The notes under the pieces were generated by a model. It saw only the letters and a program-made list of their open reading frames with translations. It did no database searches and was not told where the DNA came from. From positions 1 to 62,894 of the forward strand of contig JASLXV010000077.1 in assembly GCA_030740155.1 (NCBI GenBank): DNA of 62,894 bases. Direction: 5' to 3'. Source of the DNA: Dehalococcoidia bacterium (GTDB taxonomy: Bacteria; Chloroflexota; Dehalococcoidia; Lucifugimonadales; UBA3495). Shown here piece by piece: positions 57,859 through 62,894 of this stretch. The position numbers and the translations under genes are program-made. The first letter of the stretch is position 1. Every line of letters starts with the position of its first letter.

Positions 57859-59556
57859 CTCATTGAACATGAACTGGAGGGTCTCGTCCTTGATAGCGTG
57901 GCGTTCCGCCAGGCCGATCGTCCGCTTGGCCAGCGCGGTCTTCTCTTCAAGCTAGGGGTGACTCGCCCCGTAGTTGAAGGTGGAGTTATCGGTATAGTTG
58001 GCTAGGCCATGGGTCGGCGCCAGCCGGATGGCCGAGGAGTGGCAGGTTGCCCCCTGATAGGTCTGTCCCACCAGCTGGGGCCGGAGGGCACTATAGGGTA
58101 TCCGCTGGAACTCCACGGTGACGCCGATATCGTCCCACATCTGGGCGATGGCCTCGCAGGCTTCCACCTCGGCGGGCGCGTTGCGGATGGACGGTGTCAG
58201 GGTCATGGAGAAGCCGTCGGGGTAACCCGCCTCGGACAAAAGCTGCTTGGCCCGGTCCGGGTTGAATTCCCAGACCATGTCAGCCGGAATCCGGGCCTCG
58301 TCCGGCCCCGCCCATTCCTTGGCGACCAATGGGTGGCCGAAACCCTTCAGCAGGGTGTCGACCAGCAGTTGGCGGTCGATGGCTATGGATAGGGCCAGGC
58401 GAACCTTGCGGGCCTTGGCCCACTCTTCGGAGTTGAGGTCCGAGTCTGGGGACACCCAAGGAAGGTCCGGATGGTAGTTGGAGTCCGCTTTGCCCTCTCC
58501 GGCGACCACGTATTGCTGTCCATATAGATGAAGGCCGGCCTGGCCCGCGCCGGGCACCTGCATGAACTGGGCACCCTCCACCTGCTGTATCAGGTCCAGG
58601 GAATCAAGGGCTATGACCGAGGTGTCCAGGTTTCCGGTCTGGAAGCCGGCCACCCGGGCGGACTCCTCGGGGACCTCCCAGAGGACCAGCTCGGCAAAGG
58701 CGGGCGTCCTGCGCCAGTGGTCCTCGACGGCCGTCATCAGCCGCCAGAATTCAGCGGAGCGGGACTCTTCGATCTCCCAGGGCCCCGTGGCGGCCGTATT
58801 CCGGTTGGTCTCGTCCTCGCCGATTTCATCATTCTGTTTCTTGCTGACAATATAGGCCACCGAAGACCTGGGGGTGGCCATCAGCTCTTTTATGCCGATG
58901 TCGGAGAATGGCTCGCCGGTGTTCAACGCCACCGTGTAATCGTCTGGGGTAGTGACAGAGCCGTTCTCGTTGAGCCAAATGTTCCAGGCGTCGGAGGCGC
59001 TGGGGTGCCTTTCACTGGTGGCGATCATCTCGTGGGACCAGGCCACGTCTTCGGCGGTCATCTCGCCATAGCCCTTCTGGAACTGGACTCCCTGCCGGAG
59101 CTTGAAGGTCCAGGTGATGAAGTCCTCGGAGACGCTCCAACTGGTCGCCAGCATCGGGGCCAGCTCCCCGTCCACGTCATACATTGCCATCGACTCCGTG
59201 ACGCCGATGGCGGAGTTGATGAAAACCTGAGGATTGCCCGCCAGATTGGGATGGCCTATGAAGGGAGCGATTTCTTTCTGGCCTACGTTGATGGTGCCGC
59301 TGGGCTTTGCCATCGCGGCGGGGGAGGTGGGCCGGGGCGTCGAAACGGGCACCGCGGTGGCGGCCGCCGCCGGCGCCCTCGTTGCCGCGGGACCCGCCGG
59401 GGCGGTGGTGGCCGCTGGCGCCGTGGTAGCCGCCGGGGCGGTGGTGAGCCGCGCTGTTGCCGTGGCCGCCGACCCACAGGCTACGATGAAAAGCAGGAGC
59501 AAAATTACTGAAGTGAATATCATTCCCTTGGAGTTATTCAACCAGCGGCTTCGCGT
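57859..59556 (-). pseudogene. SBP5, probable pseudogene: ACG at the expected start, internal TAG, C-terminus deleted and fused in frame to SBP4
   Basis: RBS GAGGGG then ACG-CGA-AGC-CGC-TGG (paralogues begin MRHHR/MHRR); HP*LEEKTALAKR...FMFNEVF continues the paralogue alignment past TAG 57952-57954. Confidence 0.85.
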
Positions 59557-59749
59557 TCTAAGACCCCTCAGTATCAGATTCTTGGAGAGCCACGACTAAC
59601 GATAACCTAGAGTAACCTTCGTCTAAATATCCGGATATCGTTATTTAGGTGGGGGTGCTTGCTGGAAGAACCATCATACAAACATAATCAGCGGCCTTAT
59701 CGTAGCAGTCCTCAAAGCTACTCCGGGCAGCCACCGAATCACTCGAAGC

Positions 59750-59850
59750 AATATAAGCTACGCCGCTAAACCTGTCAGTTCGTCACGTAAGTAGTGATAA
59801 TATACCGTGAAAAGTATTGGATTATGCAATAGTGCAGGGCCTTGGTATCG
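59750..59850 (-). promoter_or_regulatory. SBP5 promoter with degenerate phased boxes
   Basis: CTGACA (plus tgtcag 59773)-17-TATATT; half-sites at 59796 and 59828. Confidence 0.6.
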
Positions 59851-60010
59851 GGATATGGGGTCCATTTGATGAATGAAAACAGGGCAGGGTCCGGCCACTC
59901 GGCCATGGGGGCTGACTCTCTATCTACCGCGGCCCAGGGATCTACGCCTGGCTCCGTACCCTGTTGGAGATGGGTCCTGAGTTGCCCGGGCCTCTGGTAT
60001 GAGCACAGGA

Positions 60011-60040
60011 AGGGGCCCCCGGTGCTACCCGGGGGCCCTC
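60011..60040. terminator. Array-family terminator after SBP6
   Basis: GGGCCCCCGG-TGCTAC-CCGGGGGCCC. Confidence 0.8.
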
Positions 60041-60090
60041 TCCGCAATCGGCCTTTCCTGGTTTGTTCGACCAGGGGCTGCCGGGAACCC

Positions 60091-61962
60091 CTACTTACGG
60101 TGCTGGATCCACTCGTAGCCGTTGATGTTCCTGAGGTCCCCGGTCTTCACATTTTCGGCCCACGGCTCCAGCCTGGGGCCCACGGGCCAAATGGCGTCAA
60201 CGGAGTAGAACCCAATTTGGGTCAGGGCGTTGTCGAAGAGGAATATGCCCAACTCCCCCGTCAGGCGATCCAGCTCCTCTCGGTCCAAGGCGCCGGCGAT
60301 CCGGGGCATTATGTCCTCGAAGAAGGGGTGAGTGGCGCCGTGGTTGAAGGAACCAGCGACGGTCAACTGGGGGAAGAGGCCCGGTGTCACCGACCGCGCT
60401 CCCACGGCGTGGCACGTAGCTCCCTGGTAGGTGCGCCCCACTATCGTGGGCCGCAGCGTGCCGTAGGGGACGCGCTGGAAGTCGACATCTATCCCAATGT
60501 CCCCCCACATGGTGAATATCGCCTCGCAGGTTTCTGTCTCAGCGGGTGCTCCCCTGATCGCCGGGGTGAGGGTGATCTTGAAGCCATCCGGGTACCCCGC
60601 CTCCTCCAGCAGTTGCTTGGCCCGTTCCGGGTCGAACTCCCAGTGCCGTCCTTTCAATTGCTCCTCGTGGTTCCCCCAGTATCGCAGGGCAATGGGCCGG
60701 GCAAAACCCCGGAGCACCGTCTCTATGATTAGTTCCCGGTCAATAGCGATGGACAGGGCCTCCCGCACCTTGCGGGCCCGCTCCCACTCCGGGGAGTCTA
60801 GGTCGGCATTGGACGATATCCAAGCAAGGTCGGGGTCGTAGGCTGCACGTGAGTCAGCGGTGCCCGCTTCCACCAAGTAGTTGCCGTAGAAGAGAAGGGC
60901 GACATCAATGGCTCCAGGGACCGACACGAATTTGGCCCCCGGCACGGCCTCGATCGCCGGGATTGAATCGAAAGCCATGAGGTAGGTGTCCAGGGTTCCG
61001 GTCTGGAACCCGGCCAGGCGGGCAGACTCCTCGGGGACTTCCCAGAAGGTCAGCTCCGCGAAATATGGAGTCTGACGCCAGTGGTCCTCCACCGCCCGCA
61101 TCCTCCAGAACTCCGCGGGCTTGTGCTCCACTATCTCCCAGGAACCGGTGGCGGCGATGTCCCGGTTGGCGGCTTCCACCCCGATCTCCTCGGTCTGTTT
61201 CTTGCTCACCACCCAGTTGGCGGAGCCGGCTGGGGGTACTCCCATCCAGTCCTGCAGCATCACGAGTTCGGAGAGAGGCGTGCCGGTGTTCACCACTATG
61301 GTGTAGGGATCCGGCGCCGTCGCGGAGCCGCCTTCAGCCTGCCAGAAGGACCTAAAAGTGGGGTTTCTCACGTGAAGCTCGTTCTCGGCCCAGCCTTCTG
61401 AGTACGACCAAATCACGTCCTCGGCGGTCATTTCCCCGTAGCCCTTGTGGAACTGGACTCCCTTCCGTATTTTGAAGGTCCAGGTCATGAAGTCCTCGGA
61501 GATGCTCCAGGACTCAGTCAGCCAGGGCACCATCTTTCGCTCGAGGTTGGCGTGCGCCAGGGCCTCTCCTATGGGAGCGGTCTGGCTGACGAAGAGTGCC
61601 GGGTTCTTCACCAGCTTGGGGTGGCCTTCGAAGACTCCCAGCTCCTTCTGCCCCACGTTGATGGTCTCGTAGGGCCGGTCCCTCACGGCGGTTGTGGGTG
61701 TGGGGGCCATTGTCGCCACCGGCGCCGGTACCTGAGTGGCCCTGGGCGCCGTCGTTGCCGCAGGTACCGTGGTGGCCACCGGCGCCGCGATACCCGCCGG
61801 AACGATAGTAGCGGCGGGCGCCGCGGTGGCGGCGGGCGCGGATGGGCTGGTGGGTCTGGGTGTCGCCGTAGCCGAAGACCCGCAGGCCATAGCAACGATC
61901 AGGAGCAGCATCACTGAAACGAATATCGTTGCCCTAGAGTTCCTTATCAATCGGCGATGCAT
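60091..61962 (-). CDS. Family-5 ABC solute-binding lipoprotein, SBP6
   Basis: Lipobox AMA-C, TFKIRKGVQFHKGYGEMTAEDV, VREALSIAIDR, EAGYPDGF. Confidence 0.95.
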   Translation of the reverse strand: MHRRLIRNSRATIFVSVMLLLIVAMACGSSATATPRPTSPSAPAATAAPAATIVPAGIAAPVATTVPAATTAPRATQVPAPVATMAPTPTTAVRDRPYETINVGQKELGVFEGHPKLVKNPALFVSQTAPIGEALAHANLERKMVPWLTESWSISEDFMTWTFKIRKGVQFHKGYGEMTAEDVIWSYSEGWAENELHVRNPTFRSFWQAEGGSATAPDPYTIVVNTGTPLSELVMLQDWMGVPPAGSANWVVSKKQTEEIGVEAANRDIAATGSWEIVEHKPAEFWRMRAVEDHWRQTPYFAELTFWEVPEESARLAGFQTGTLDTYLMAFDSIPAIEAVPGAKFVSVPGAIDVALLFYGNYLVEAGTADSRAAYDPDLAWISSNADLDSPEWERARKVREALSIAIDRELIIETVLRGFARPIALRYWGNHEEQLKGRHWEFDPERAKQLLEEAGYPDGFKITLTPAIRGAPAETETCEAIFTMWGDIGIDVDFQRVPYGTLRPTIVGRTYQGATCHAVGARSVTPGLFPQLTVAGSFNHGATHPFFEDIMPRIAGALDREELDRLTGELGIFLFDNALTQIGFYSVDAIWPVGPRLEPWAENVKTGDLRNINGYEWIQHRK

Positions 61963-62168
61963 TGCCGGGCCTCCCCGTTTGAATTAGCTAGATGAAAGAT
62001 TTGGAGCCTACCTTTTGGCCGCCACAAACCATCTCGGGATTACGGGTGCGGATAGCGCCGGTCTTGCAGCCCGATAGATAGCCAATTGCTCATCAACCCC
62101 ACGCGTCCACCAACTTATCGTTGGCCGCATCCAGAGTTGCACCGCATGCCCGCAACGGCGTCCGAGGC

Positions 62169-62317
62169 AATATAGACTGGCTAAGTCCAAGCTGTCAACT
62201 AAACGAGCATATATTGATAGTAAGATGCTATGATTATCGTTAATACAGATAGAATTAAAGTCTATATATCCAGTGAGATAGTAATAAAGCAATATGATTA
62301 TCGTTTATCTTGATAAC
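62169..62317 (-). promoter_or_regulatory. SBP6 promoter plus phased operator array
   Basis: TTGACA (plus 62193)-18-TATATT; GATA at 62216, 62248, 62312; TATC ends at 62238, 62270, 62302. Confidence 0.75.
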
Positions 62318-62700
62318 CTCCGGCCGGGCCCCGGCGGTCGCATTGCGGCGAGCCGGCTAGCCGAATCTCCAGGCTGCCGGATGCGTCCGGGAGGCGCGCA
62401 AAACGGCCGGGTGTCGACCTCGTGGCCCGTGGGATTGACGCCACCCCGGCTCAACTCCGGCCGGAGCAGGCGAGGGCTTCCGAACGAAATCGAAAAGGAA
62501 TGACCCTCAATAACGGGCCGGTTTGGCTGGCTAGCCGGGGTGAGGGCCTGCTATAGTAGCCCCTTGGATGAAAAAATTGTAAACGCAGGCGGGAGCGATA
62601 CCCTTTTTCTGGGCATGGCTCTATCCTCCCCCCGCTGGGTTGGTTCGGGGCGGGAAACCAAGGTTTGGCTGTGGGAAAGCCGGGTGGCGGTAGCGAGGTG

Positions 62701-62894
62701 ATGGAGTCGTTACCCGGCCAGAGAGTGACCGGTCGAGCTTTGCCCAGCAACCGCTATCGCTTCGTGATTGCGGGGCTTCTCCTGGCGGCCCACCTGGCGG
62801 TGGGTATGAATGCCTTCGTCGTCGCCCCCCTCTTGCCTCTAATAATCGAGGAATACGAGATAAGCCGCGCTACGGCGAGTCTGCTGGTAGCTCT
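62701..62894 (+). CDS. MFS transporter, 5' partial
   Basis: MESLPGQ...RYRFVIAGLLLAAHLAVGMNAFVVAPLLPLIIEEYEISRATASLLVA, a typical MFS TM1-TM2; runs off the window end. Confidence 0.8.
   Translation, partial: MESLPGQRVTGRALPSNRYRFVIAGLLLAAHLAVGMNAFVVAPLLPLIIEEYEISRATASLLVA

Noticed and set aside
57952..57954. In-frame TAG as pyrrolysine, given the nearby corrinoid genes
   Set aside because: Paralogues have an aromatic residue (F) here, so TGG>TAG is simplest; the gene has other lesions; no pyl genes or methylamine methyltransferase in the window.
48631..61962. SBP array as an integron or diversity-generating retroelement
   Set aside because: No integrase, attC sites, reverse transcriptase or adenine-specific TR/VR pair seen; each gene has its own promoter.
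53040..62320. 32-bp periodic AT-rich motifs as a CRISPR or iteron array
   Set aside because: Only 4-5 nt half-sites are conserved and their position is locked to promoters; they fit operator boxes.

Overview
A high-GC bacterial chromosomal segment. Gene style (lipoprotein family-5 solute-binding proteins with Ala/Thr/Pro linkers, many paralogous class III CoA-transferases, crotonases and MaoC pairs) suggests Chloroflexota/Dehalococcoidia (SAR202-like); this is inference only. Left to right: (1) 1-1198 is the AT-richer edge of a probable island (IS3-family end, orphan lipoprotein). It abuts the 5' half only of a tRNA-Arg(TCT) broken at the anticodon loop. (2) About 1.5-37.4 kb is a catabolic region: Asp/Glu-racemase-fold enzyme, tandem flavoproteins, two MaoC pairs, an Oxc/HACL-type ThDP enzyme, six class III CoA-transferases (one Frc-like), two atypical crotonases, an enolase-superfamily enzyme, a GAF kinase/LuxR pair, a Zn-ADH, a 574-aa UGSC selenoprotein with an in-frame UGA and SECIS-like hairpin that the ORF track splits in two, an MFS transporter, a fused 2Fe-2S/molybdopterin oxidoreductase, a hydrolase and two deacetylase-fold genes. 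A 53-aa SEC-C miniprotein missed by the ORF track also lies here. (3) 37.7-43.2 kb is a corrinoid methyl-transfer cluster (Hcy methyltransferase, unknown protein, MtaA/CmuA-type methyltransferase, corrinoid protein, 4-Cys miniprotein, RACo-type activator) with no folate module in the window. (4) 43.5-62.3 kb is one Opp/Dpp ABC core plus a tandem array of at least 8 intact, broken or vestigial solute-binding-protein (SBP) genes. The array appears built from a repeated unit of tRNA-Thr(CGT), shared terminator, SBP gene, sigma70 promoter and ~32-bp-phased TATC-N9-GATA boxes, with three tRNA-Thr copies and microhomology-type deletions. A partial MFS gene ends the window. All calls are by eye from motifs; no searches were run.
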